Below, in pieces: positions 38,320 through 49,790 of a stretch of 64,000 nucleotides of DNA. The notes under the pieces were generated by a model, which had not been told where the DNA came from, did no database searches, and saw only the letters and a list, made by a program, of their open reading frames with translations. The stretch comes from Octopus bimaculoides (Eukaryota). The stretch lies in the NCBI RefSeq assembly GCF_001194135.2, contig NC_069002.1, positions 27,770,646 to 27,834,645 of the forward strand, written 5' to 3'. Numbering within the stretch: position 1 is the first letter of the stretch; every line of letters starts with the position of its first letter. The position numbers and the translations under genes were made by a program.

Positions 38320-39767
38320 AAAAATGGCTAAACCTCTTATACAACAAGCACCTGTGAAAAGTGTAGACGATATTAACAGTGATGAGCTAACTGAAAGGAA
38401 ATATGTTACAAAGGGTATTTGTAGTACGACAATGATGAAAGTACAATTCTTGCATTTTTAGAATTCCTAATTCAGCAGAACACTGATGAGATGACATGTT
38501 TGGTAAATTGCCACGTATGTTTTGATGGGAAAACTTGAAAGAACTGTGTATGCAGGCATTAGCAGAGTATGAGAGGAAGCTTCTTTCTTGTTTGGGTCTC
38601 GTATCCAACTGCCTCTCCTTGTACATCTTGTATGTATTGGAGGGCAGCAGTTAACTGCAAACACTGTTGTTATGGAGCAGTTTGGTGTCGGTTGAGACAC
38701 AACAGTGAACTGATACAACTATTCTAGAGACGTATGTGTAGTGGTGGTGTAATGACCATCCCTGTTCAGATTGGCAGAAACAGAGTAACAGTGGAGATAT
38801 AGATTGAAGTTCATGCACCACAAATATCACGTGGTTTTTATCAAGAGGGTTCCTAGCTTCTTGACACAACAGTCTAAAGTATATCCTTGTACCTGTCCTT
38901 GGTTGTAAAACTGCAATATTAATTATTATGAACCATCACTGATCACATATCAGGTATGTGTATTATAACTGCTAGTGTATCTATCAACAGTTATGGAACC
39001 AGGATACTGTAAATCGTTATCTTAATTTTATAGATCCAAAAGATGGGGCTATCCACATGCCATGCACAGCACTTCAATCGGTGCTACTACATCTACCTTG
39101 CTATTTGCGACCTACCATAAATGACAATGCACTCTACCAAACAACCCACTTACTGCCTTCAGCAATTAATTCCAGTCTAGTCGTTCACACTAGCACCATG
39201 CCGTGATCCATTCCATTGAGTGGCCGACCTACCATTGCTTAACAATTATCAGCTATCAACACAAAACTGTCAATCATCAAGTGAATTAGATGGACCCGAC
39301 ATCAGGAGCTCATACACAAGTGATTGAGTGATCATAGCTCAATGTCAAAATTGAAATGCTCAAGAAAAAAAAGAGGCACATCTACTCAACATTTTCAATC
39401 GCATTTGGATCATTATTGTTGGAAAATGCTCAGGAAAAACAATGACCACTTCACTGCTTTTCTAAATGATATCAGATCAGTTTATAAACATTAAAATCAA
39501 TATTTGATGATTTTTTTTTTTTATTAATGATTTTTTGATGATATTTATTAATGATTTTTTGATGATATTAAAGAGGTGTTAATGATTTTTAATAAATTTT
39601 ACACTACAAACTGTTTATTATGCTCCTTTCCTTTTGTAGAATAAATGTTTAATGATTTTTAACATATTTCATGCTACCAACGGTTGGTAGATATACTGTA
39701 GTAGAAAATTAATAGTAGATATCCTGCTATAGTAGACAATGGATAGTAGATATCCTGTAGTAGCACC
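38320..39767 (+). mobile_element. Decayed Merlin (IS1016/ISXO2-like) DNA transposon
   Basis: Frameshifted motifs VN*YNYSRDVC (38705), PVQIGRNRVTVEI..KFMHHKYH (38761), NFIDPKDGA (39025), DPTSGAHTQVIE..KKKRGTSTQHFQSHLDHYCWK (39293); subterminal TAGTAGATATCCTG repeats at the right end. Confidence 0.8.
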
Positions 39768-40359
39768 CGTCAATCTTTATATATCATCACTTTATGTTCC
39801 GTTTTCCATGCCAGCACAGGCTGGATGGTTTAACAGGTTCCAACACACTGAATGCCAATGGATGACCTTCCTAACACCTAATCATTTTACAGTGTGTACT
39901 AGATGCTTTTTTTCATGACACCAGCATTACTGTGGTCACTAAGTAACTGACAAGACAAGAAAAGAAAAGCCCTGTTGACTGGATGGGAGTGTACTTGAGG
40001 GATGGGGTGGTGGTTCAATGCTGGGTGTTGAGAGGCTAAAGTATGATGGAACCAGCACAGGTGTCTTGTGATAGAAGAGATACATGGTTACTCCACATAA
40101 TATAATGGTAGGTGGGAGTAACTGGAAAGAAGATAAAGATGGGGGTGATCGACGACAGACGCACAAAAAAATTTGCCAGAACTTGCTAAATGCCTTTGAC
40201 AATATTATCCAAACTAATTACTATATTTTAATTCATTATTCAAAAAAAAAATAATATAAAATAAATAAATAAAGCACTTCACAGAAAATTGGACTTTACA
40301 TTTACAATTTCGTTTGATTTTCAGAGAAAAAGAATTCTTTCACTTTCGTTTCACTAGAG

Positions 40360-40483
40360 CAGTGTTTCTCAACCCTTGCGTAACCCTTAAAATAAATTAT
40401 GTCTCAAAGAACCCCTGCACAGAAAAAAAAAAGATTATATATCTTTCCCATATATTTTTCAGCATAGTTCACATGGTAAATAT

Positions 40484-40520
<37 letters not shown>

Positions 40521-40702
40521 TGATAACATAATAGGTTAGATAGGATGATGTCTATATTACAATAACCAATAATATGTTGTGCATGTCTAATAATATTACG
40601 ATCATGAAATTAGCATTAGCCTATCTCACTCTTTCTCGCGGAACCCCTAGGAACCTTTTGCGGAAGCCTAGGGTTCCTGGGAACTCCGGTTGAGAAACAC
40701 TG
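40360..40702. mobile_element. hAT-Charlie-like MITE
   Basis: TIR CAGTGTTTCTCAACC / GGTTGAGAAACACTG; left flank CACTAGAG resembles the Charlie target, right TSD degraded. Confidence 0.85.
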
Positions 40703-42659
40703 CCCGAGTTTCTGATGAAAATCATCTCAACCAATTTCAGTCGATTTTTATACAGGATGATTAAAGGAAAAGATCTTTTAATTTTTTCAGGGTGTTACAG
40801 TCATTCCACATAGAAAACATATTTATAAATTTACATTTAGATAGCAGGTCACTATTTGGATTGAAAAACATTACGGAGCACAATATTAAGTTTCACTTTT
40901 CGCGTTACTTTCATTATACAAAGCGAAGGCGAAGTTGTCATTATTTAATGTATTTATACATTACGTCCAATATTTTGACCAGATATTCTGCAATAACAAC
41001 CAATTTCCTTTAGAAATCTGAGCTTATTTTATTTTATTATATTTATTTGTGAACAACCGATTACCAGTTCAGTGTATTTCCGATGTCGACAGCGAAAAGG
41101 GAGTGTTCTTTGTGTGTAAACTCGATGTAACTTAGCGTACTACTGAGAAAACTGCTGACACATTCTATCTACTGCAGGGTACTAATCGCACCTGACTACA
41201 TTCTCACACTATATTGCTGGGTACGAGCCAACCTGATGCAGTTTTATCCAGTCCTCTATGTTCCAGTCTGATACAAGAACTGATTGCAGCGAACAAATAA
41301 TTAGAAAACTGATAAGATCAATTATATATATAGACTTAGAAATATAATTAAAAATCTATATTCCATTTTTCTTTCTTTTTCGCTAATTTACATTTTCTGC
41401 AATCATCTGCATTTAAATTTGAGCTTAATGTCGCTAAAATTCCAAAATAAGCACCATGCTCCGGCAAAATTACAATAAAGGTTTCCTGCTATCGCTTTAG
41501 ATTAATATCGTCCGTTTTTTTTCGGTCTCACCCAATATTTATGTAATAGAGAGGGGTCCACGCATAACTAATGAATGCAGAAACGGTTTTTAAACACCGT
41601 TATCATAATGGTCAGTCGTCCAGCACTCGAACTAAATTTGATGTTTTGATTAGTTCTGGGGTGTAAATCTTCACAAGTTGCACTACTTTACCACTTTTCG
41701 CTGTATCTATATTGTCAGACCGACAAGGTCACTTATATCAGTTTTGCGTCTCCGCGAATTGACAAAACCCATTCACAGTCAACAAATATCGTCACATAAA
41801 TAACAACTTATATATTATGTCACCCACCCCATTATATACCAAGCTTTGGAATACATAACTCATCCACTGTCAATCACCGTTGTGCAATAAAAGCTACAGT
41901 ATGTCACCATTAGAACAAATCGGGAAGAATGTTAATTTCTTGTCGGAAAGTGCCACAAAAAAAAAAAAAAAAAAAAAAAAAAAANNNNNNNNNNNNNNNN
42001 NNNNNNNNNNNNNNNNNNNNNNNNNNNNNNNNNNNNNNNNNNNNNNNNNNNNNNNNNNNNNNNNNNNNNNNNNNNNNNNNNNNNNNNNNNNNNNNNNNNN
42101 NNNNNNNNNNNNNNNNNNNNNNNNNNNNNNNNNNNNNNNNNNNNNNNNNNNNNNNNNNNNNNNNNNNNNNNNNNNNNNNNNNNNNNNATCTTATATATAC
42201 ATACATACATACACAAACATCTATATAAAATACATGTTGCTGTATGTGCGTATATATCTATAGTGCGTGGATGGGAGTATATGTTGGGTATAGAAGTATA
42301 GGCGTCCTCTTCGGAGATCCTAAAAAGGTAAATTTTCATTATAAAAGGTAAAAAAAAAAAAATAATTAATTAATTACCTCGTAATTTGTTTATTAAGTAC
42401 ATAGGCTATACCTATCCAGGCAAATGTTCCCACACCCACCCGACTATCTTTTCTTAGCATTTTCAGGGGGAAAAGGGTATTTTTTTAAATGAAATTTTCT
42501 TCAAATACCTCTCAGATTGTGTGGATTCCGATTATATCGGAATTTCACGCGAAAAGTAACTAACCAAATATGCCAGCACATAAATATACGAACTAGAAAT
42601 TTGAGGAGTGAAATAAATGGTTAAGTACTTGACTAAATGTATTTCAAGCAATTTAGGGG

Positions 42660-43195
42660 TCTGATATCTTTGACTATTCATCAAAAATATCTGATTGAAG
42701 TTAATTAAATCCCAGAAAATATGGTCACATTCTTTCTTTTCAAGGTCCCGGTGTTGGTTTTTTTTGGGAAATTTTGTTAAGAATCACAGCTACATAATTA
42801 ATTAATCAGTGATAATGTTTTAAATGGATTTATTTCCCCAAATACAGATATATTATTTTCATCTTTAAAACCATCGGCGTGACACACCAACAATAAATCT
42901 TTCAAGTAAAAGTAATCAAACCACAATAAATATAATTGTATTCTTTATTTCAAGGTCCCGGTATTTGGTAAGAATCACAGCTACATAATTAATCAGTGGC
43001 AATGTTTTAAATGGATTTCTTTCACCAAAACATTAATATTTCTGACCATTTATCAAAGACATCTGATTAAAGTCAATCAGGTCACAGAAAATAAAGTTAT
43101 CTTCTTTTATTTCAAGGTCCCGGTGTTTGGTTAATTTTGCCAAGAATCACAGCAACATAATTAATTAATCAGTGATGATGTTTCAAATGTTTGAA
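42660..43195. repeat. Three degenerate direct repeats of about 160-210 bp
   Basis: TTTCAAGGTCCCGGT at 42738, 42948 and 43110, each followed by AAGAATCACAGC.ACATAATTAA..ATCAGTG..AATGTTT. Confidence 0.85.
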
Positions 43196-43866
43196 ATACA
43201 TCCTTCTTTTACTGAACAAGGATGTATTTTTATTGGAGTCATCGACGGCTAATGATAAATTTTCAAGTAAACAAGTATGATTATTTAAAGTGGAATCGTC
43301 TAGAAACATTTATGTAGAATGATAAAGAAAAAAAATAAGGGGAGTTGGACAAAAATTAATAAACAGTGACAATGAGAAAGATAGATATACCTTATAAGAT
43401 ATGATTTGGAGTAATATTTAGTTAATTTAATAAATTAAAGATTTGATAAGAATTTAGAGAAGGTATTTAATAATAAAAAAACACCGTCTGCATGACGGAG
43501 ATTTATATATAAACGAAATAAAACTAAATAAAGTAGAAGACGGATAATATATGGATCTATGAAGAAATGGGTGTTTGCAATTATACGAAATATTACTTAG
43601 TATGATTAATAAAAAATAAAGGATCATATTGTGTTTTGTGAAAATTAATGCATCTAAGAATATATATGTTTACTTATGGTGTTGGAAACATCAATAAAAA
43701 TAGTCAACGAAATGGAAAAATGACTTAACTATTAAATATAAACGGAATACATTACAAACATTAACAACATTACAAAGCGAAATTTATAGCGGAGGGGGGG
43801 CGATTTTTTTTTGAATAAATACAGAACAGAATGGTGTGAAATTTAAATGTGTGATAAAACAGTTAC

Positions 43867-43979
43867 CTCTTAGAAATGGCTCTTGAAAAATCTGGTATTT
43901 CATTTTTGTTGAACGCTGAATAGGAGGCAGCTAGTAATGGTTTTAAACAGTAAGATAACGACGCAGGAGGAGTCGCCAT
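43867..43979 (-). CDS. UBR4: UBR4 (p600) coding exon 1
   Basis: ATG in caagATGGCG context; MATPPASLSYCLKPLLAASYSAFNKNEIPDFSRAISK resembles human UBR4 N-terminus (VRPLLSASYSAFEMKELPQL, from memory); donor AG|GTAACT, phase 2. Confidence 0.93.
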
Positions 43980-43982
43980 CTT
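43974..43982 (-). promoter_or_regulatory. YY1-like motif AAGATGGCG overlapping the UBR4 start codon
   Basis: Exact match to the YY1 core, often found over ATGs of metazoan housekeeping genes; surrounding DNA retains CpG. Confidence 0.55.
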
Positions 43983-44631
43983 GTCTGCCAAGGCGGGCGT
44001 GAAGACGACAAACCAAACTGGAGTTATCTGCTCCTTACCAAACACATTCACAGCAACTCGACTTGATTTTTTTTTATCTATTTTTTTAATTTTTAGGATT
44101 TACTATCTACCTACTTACTTATCTGTTTATTTTACGTTTTGTTTTTGTTTTACGTAATTTATGTTTTTGTTATTTATTAATTTTGCTTTTTACGTAAATT
44201 TGTTGTTTTTCAATTATTTCATTTACTTTCTCTTTTCTAACATAATTTTTGTATTTATTTTTATATTTTATTTATTCTTGGTTCTTTTCCCCAAAACTAT
44301 ATATTTATATATATTTTATACTGTGAAACTTGATTTAATTTTAATTTTTAATAAATTGATTTTAATTGAGTTTTTACCTGTAATTTTGGATTTTATCCCT
44401 GATATTATTATTATTATTATTATTTATATATATATNNNNNNNNNNNNNNNNNNNNNNNNNNNNNNNNNNNNNNNNNNNNNNNNNNNNNNNNNNNNNNNNN
44501 NNNNNNNNNNNNNNNNNNNNNNNNNNNNNNNNNNNNNNNNNNNNNNNNNNNNNNNNNNNNNNNNNNNNNNNNNNNNNNNNNNNNNNNNNNNNNNNNNNNN
44601 NNNNNNNNNNNNNNNNNNNNNNNNNNNNNNN

Positions 44632-44957
44632 TCTAGTCCCTGCTTCCACACCTGAAACTTCTCTAGTTCTGATAGTGATTCAGCAATTAGTGCAAGGTCA
44701 TCAGCATAGAGGAGCTCCCAGGGGCATCCTGTCTTGAATTCCTCTGTTATCGCCTGGAGGACTATGATAAATAGGAGGGGGCTGAGGACAGAACCTTGGT
44801 GGACCTCTACCTCTACTCGGAATTCTTCACTGTACTCATTGCCAACCCTCACCTTACTGACAGCGTCTCTGTACATGGCTCGCACAGCTCTCACTAACCA
44901 TTCTTCTATCCCAAGTTTCCTCATTGACCACCAGATAAGGGATCGGGGACCCTGTCA
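44632..44957 (-). mobile_element. RTE LINE reverse-transcriptase fragment
   Basis: VHQGSVLSPLLFIIVLQAITEEFKTGCPWELLYADDLALIAES, YADD motif intact; abuts a gap. Confidence 0.95.
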
Positions 44958-45355
44958 CCTTTTCAGTGCCATCACAGTCACCTGGATTCCGTAAAGATAG
45001 TCTTCTATATGATATACCCATTTTTCTAGCTTCTCAGTTCTGATATGAGCATTAATAAATGTCAGGGTCAAACACTAAAAGTCGCTGGATTACAACTTGA
45101 AGAACAAGCAGAAGTTCGTATATGAAATCCATCTTTTTTTCTAGTTCAATTATTACATGTTTTTCTCTTATATACCACACACATACAAGACAAGTAAACC
45201 TAAATCTGACTGACAGGATACAGCATTTGTAATTTCATTGAACTATTACGTACTGTTACCTTCCATTCCTGTAATATAGCATCAGAATTTCAGCACTAAC
45301 ACTGACAGAACACAGCATTTGTAATTTCATTTCACTAATATTTACTGATATTCCT

Positions 45356-45743
45356 GTGGAGGCGCAATGGCCCAGTGGTTAGGGCAGCGGACTCGCAATC
45401 ATGGTATTGCAGTTTTGATTCCCAGATTGGGCATTGTGAGTGTTTATTTACCGAAAACACCTAAAGGTTCATGAGGCTCCGGCAGGGGATGGTGGTGAAC
45501 CCTGCTGTACTCTTTCACCACAACTTTCTCTCACTCTTACTTCCTGTTTCTGTTGTGCCTCTAATTCAAAGGGTCAGCCTTGTCACACTGTGTCACGCTG
45601 AATATCCCCGAGAACTACGTTAAGGGTACACGTGTCTGTGGAGTGCTAAGCCACTTGCACATTAATTTCACGAGCAGGCTGTTCCGTTGATCGGATTAAC
45701 TGGAACCCTCGACGTCGTAAGCGACAGAGTGCCAACAACAACA
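45356..45743 (+). mobile_element. tRNA-derived SINE, family B, full length
   Basis: Box A TGGCCCAGTGG, box-B-like GTTTTGATTCC, (AAC)n tail, 12-bp TSD ACTGATATTCCT. Confidence 0.92.
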
Positions 45744-45951
45744 ACTGATATTCCTAATCAAGCAAACTTCTTAACCACACAACCAAAACTGTATCTTGTA
45801 TTTTTTAAACAAATTAATGTTTAGACGGAAATATGTCAACAGATAAACACCTATTTCCAATTAGCTTAAGAAAATAAATCTGTATTATACATAAAAATTA
45901 CAAATTTTAAATATGGTTAAAAAGAAAAAAAGCCAAAAAAATTAATATAAT

Positions 45952-46047
45952 TTTATTCTAAATATTTATTATCAAATTTAAATAAAAACAAATAATGAAA
46001 CAATATTGTAATGCCTTTTTCTGTTTATTATGAATTTTTCTTTTATT
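45952..46047 (-). terminator. Cluster of AATAAA poly(A) signals after the MRPS31 stop
   Basis: TTTATT on + at 45952, 45965, 46024 and 46042; AT-rich background, so which one is used is unknown. Confidence 0.5.
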
Positions 46048-46275
46048 ATGTTAAAGCCAATTCCTCTTTAAGTAAGTGTCGTTTTTCTTCAAAATAATTC
46101 TTAAACCAGGAAATGTGGTCCTTCTTTTGTTGGACTGTTAAATAAGGGCTCAGTGAAAGTCCTGTAATGACTAATTCCATAAAGTGACGAATTGGTCCTT
46201 TTGAGGGGAAATCAGCAATCAAATCTTGTAGAAAGACATGTTCATGGAATCCTGTATTTATTTCTTCTTCCCAAC
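46046..46275 (-). CDS. MRPS31: MRPS31 terminal coding exon
   Basis: tttctag| [76 protein letters not shown]; human [51 protein letters not shown]. Confidence 0.98.
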
Positions 46276-46590
46276 CTAGAAATAACAAAAAAATAGATTA
46301 AAAAGAAATAAGTTGGTATCAGGAAGGGCATCCAGCCATAAAAACCAAGCAAAAACTGGAATTTGGTGCAGTCCTCTGGCTTGCCAGCCCTTATCAAACT
46401 GTCCAATCCAGCCATGCCAGTATGGAAGACGGACGTTAAATAATGAGGATGCGAAATAATTATTGTTTTGAAACATACCCTTACCAATAAGTTAGGAGAT
46501 TTAGCCTTAAATATTCTCATTCCATTTTGATATCTGGTTATTCTTATTCTTCATCTTCCTCAGGCTTATTATATAATTCCTTGTGTATAT

Positions 46591-46974
46591 GTTGTTGGCA
46601 CTCCATCACTTACGACGTCGAGGGTTCCAGTTGATCCGATCAACGGAACAACCCGCTCGTGAAATTGATGTACAAATGGCTAAGCATTCCACAGACACGT
46701 GTACCCTTAACGTAGTTCTTGGGGATATTCAGCGTGACACAGTGTGACAAGGCTGACTCTTTGAATTACAGGCACAACAGAAACAGGAAGAAAGAGTGAG
46801 AGAAAGTTGTGGTGAAAGAGTACAGCAGGGTTCGCTACCATCCCCTGCCGGAGCACCGTGGAGCTTTAGGTGTTTTTGCTCAATAAACACTCACAACGCC
46901 CGGTCTAGGAATCGAAACCGCAATCCTATGACCGCGAGTCCGCTGCCCTAACCACTGGGCCATTGCGCCTCCAC
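46591..46974 (-). mobile_element. tRNA-derived SINE, family B, full length
   Basis: Reverse complement of the 45356 family; TSD CCTTGTGTATAT with a GT expansion on one side. Confidence 0.92.
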
Positions 46975-47638
46975 CCTTGTGTGTGTGTATATATATAATT
47001 GTATGTTTAGTGTTATATTTCTGGTGTTGTGTTGTGTCTAGATCAGTAATGAGTAAACTGTGGCCCAAGGGACTTTTTGAATGGTACGCCCAACAAATAA
47101 TTTCATTGAATTTTCCAATAGTGTAGCCTGTTTGTCGAACCATGTCTTATATGGTCTGCTTCTTGGAAAAGGTTGCCCAAGCCTGGTCTAGATCTTTGTA
47201 GGTAAGAGCACGTTGCTGTTGTTGTTGTAGTGGTTGTTGACTGAATGAGCTCAGCTATGCTTCAGTGGGGTTAGATCCAGAGGTAGTTTATTTCTTTAAC
47301 ATTTCCAGCTATTTCCATTCTGCTGCTACCACCAATGCCTTCATTATCATCTTAACATCCCCCCTTTTTTCCATGCTTGCATCGGTCAGAAATTTGTTGA
47401 AGCAGATTTCCTGTAGCTGGATGCTCTTCCTGTCATCAGCCTTCACCCAATTCCATGTAATGGTAGTATTTCTCCACCACCTCAGTCCTTCAAACACAAA
47501 CAGTAAACATGTTTGCATAGAAGATTGCAAACATTGCTCACATGAGAGTGACGTTTGCTTACAATGTTTGCAATGCCAAGATGACACATATATACACCAC
47601 CACCACCACCACTACCACCACCACCACCATTACTTTAA

Positions 47639-47855
47639 CCCTTCAGCATTCAAACCAGCTATATCAAGCCCAAATATTCAGTTTTATGGTGAAACTGGCC
47701 AGATCCAGCCTCTCACATCTACCCTACAATGTCATTCTAAAAATAAACAATTACATCTTCAAAATCTTGAAGCTACAAGATTGCTACACGATTAATTTTA
47801 AAAGATGCGGATAAATAAGCATTGCATTTGAGAAATTAATCTGAATGCTAAAGGG
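47639..47855. mobile_element. piggyBac-like MITE (family E); other copies near 5783-5994, 7095-7230, 10167-10377, 29726-29929, 37501-37720
   Basis: TTAA-CCCTTCAGCATTC ... GAATGCTAAAGGG-TTAA: TTAA on both sides, CCC/GGG termini. Confidence 0.85.
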
Positions 47856-48276
47856 TTAATGTCTATTTTTTTCCATGCTGGTATGGGTCAGACAGAATTT
47901 GCTGAGGTGGATTTTCTTTGGCCAGATGCCCTTTCTGTCACCAACCCTTACCTGTTTCCAAGAAAAGTAATATTTCCCTGTTGACCAGATTGGAAACAAA
48001 GGACAACGCTTGGATGATGATGAGTCTTGTTTATAGCTATTGTGTGATGTCAAAACAAGAGGACAGTAACATATGCACACACACACAACAGGCTTCTTTC
48101 AGTTCTCATCTACCAAATCCACTCACAAGGCTTTGATCAGCCCAGGGCTGTAGAAGAAGACATTTGCCCAAGGTGACACACAGTGAGACTGAACCTGAAA
48201 CCATGTGGCTGGGAAGCAAATTCCTTACCACACAGCCATGCTTGTACCTGTCTCAGAACCCAGTTATTTTCAGCAG

Positions 48277-48646
48277 TTGTTGGCATTCCGTTGCTTACGA
48301 CGTCGAGGGTTCCAGTTCAACGGAACAGCCTACTCGTGAAATTAACGTGCAAGTGGTTGAGCACTCCACAGACACGTGTACCCTTAACGTAGTTCTCGGG
48401 GGATATTCAGCATGACACAGTGTGACAAGGCTGACCCTTTGAATTACAGGCACAACAGAAACAGGAAGTAAGAGTGAGAGAAAGTTGTGGTGGAAGAGTA
48501 CAGCAGGGTTCGCCACCATCCCCTGCTGGAGCCTTGTGGAGCTTTAGGTGTTTTCGCTCAATAAACACTCACAACGCCCAGTCTGGGAATCGAAACCGTG
48601 ATCCTATGACCACGAGTCCGCTGCCCTAACCACTGGGCCATTGCGC
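48277..48646 (-). mobile_element. tRNA-derived SINE, family B
   Basis: Same family; TSD TTTTCAGCAG. Confidence 0.9.
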
Positions 48647-48733
48647 TTTTCAGCAGTAACAGGTAACAAAACATACCAAGAACTGTTCATACAAAGACAT
48701 GGAGAAGAAAAACAAAATATTTATTAAACTGAC

Positions 48734-48871
48734 CGGCTTCGTTATTGATTGGGAATGTCCAGTATTTTCCTTCTTTAGTCCAAATAGCGATTTCTTCAAA
48801 AGCATTTGACGGGAATACAGGAATGGAAGTTAAGGTTTCTGCATTTATTTCATCCCACAGGCTTTGTTTCT
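48734..48871 (-). CDS. MRPS31: MRPS31 coding exon
   Basis: tacaacag| (E)KQSLWDEINAETLTSIPVFPSNAFEEIAIWTKEGKYWTFPINNEA |gtcagt; human PSLWD..[25 protein letters not shown]. Confidence 0.97.
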
Positions 48872-49266
48872 CTGTTGTAAAGAAAAGAAAATTAAATAGC
48901 CCAGCCATAGAACATTCAAGAAACTGGTTGACTGCAAGAAAAAAAAAAGTGCATTTATATTGCTTGTTTTTATGTCCATTTTTTCCTGCTAGCAAGGGTT
49001 AGAGAAATATATGCTAGATGTCCTTGTCACTAAACCCTTACCTAAAGATTACTAATTTTAAATATTCTTTTACTTTTTTCAAGTCATTTGACTGTGGTCA
49101 TAATGAAGCACCATGTTAAAGGGTTTTAGTCAAGGAAATCGACCCCAGTACTTATTTTTGTAAGCCTAGTACTTATTCTATTATCCTCTTTTGCCAAATC
49201 GCTAAGTTACAAAGATGTAAACATACCAACAAGTGATAGTGGGGAGACAAACACAAAGACACACAC

Positions 49267-49300
<34 letters not shown>

Positions 49301-49759
49301 ATATATATATCATCATCATCGTTTAACGTCCGCTTTCCATGCTAGCATGGGTTGGACGATTTGACTGAGGACTGGCAAGCCAGAAGGCTGCACCAGGCTC
49401 CAATCTGATCTGGCAGAGTTTCTACAGCTGGATGCCCTTCCTAATGCCAATCACTTTGAAAGTGTAGCGGGTGCTTTTACGTGCCACTAGCACGGGGGCC
49501 AGTCACACAGTACTGGCAACGGCCATGCTCAAATGGTGATTTTTTACGTGCCACCTGCACGGGAGCCAGTCCAGCGGCACTGGCAATGACCTCGCTTGAA
49601 TGATTTTCTAACGTGCCACCAGCACAAGTGCTAGAGGCAGCGCTGGTACCGATTACGCTCAAATGGTGCCATTTACGTGCCACTAGCATGGAAGCCAGAC
49701 AGCTACTCCGGCAATGAACACGCTCGGACAGTGCTGTTAGTGCTCCACTGGCACAGGTG

Positions 49760-49790
<31 letters not shown>

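Noticed and set aside
42660-43195. Intronic C/D-box snoRNA cluster
   Set aside because: The GTGATGA-like box is on the strand antisense to UBR4, and no C-D pair with terminal stems is present on the sense strand.
43863-44051. N-terminally extended UBR4 starting MNVFGK
   Set aside because: That start is a GTG; homology and the AAGATGGCG context begin at the ATG at 43979.
44101-44435. Hydrophobic 164-aa membrane protein ORF (44161-44655)
   Set aside because: Low-complexity T-rich DNA plus an (ATT)n run and a gap; the F/I/L bias follows from base composition.
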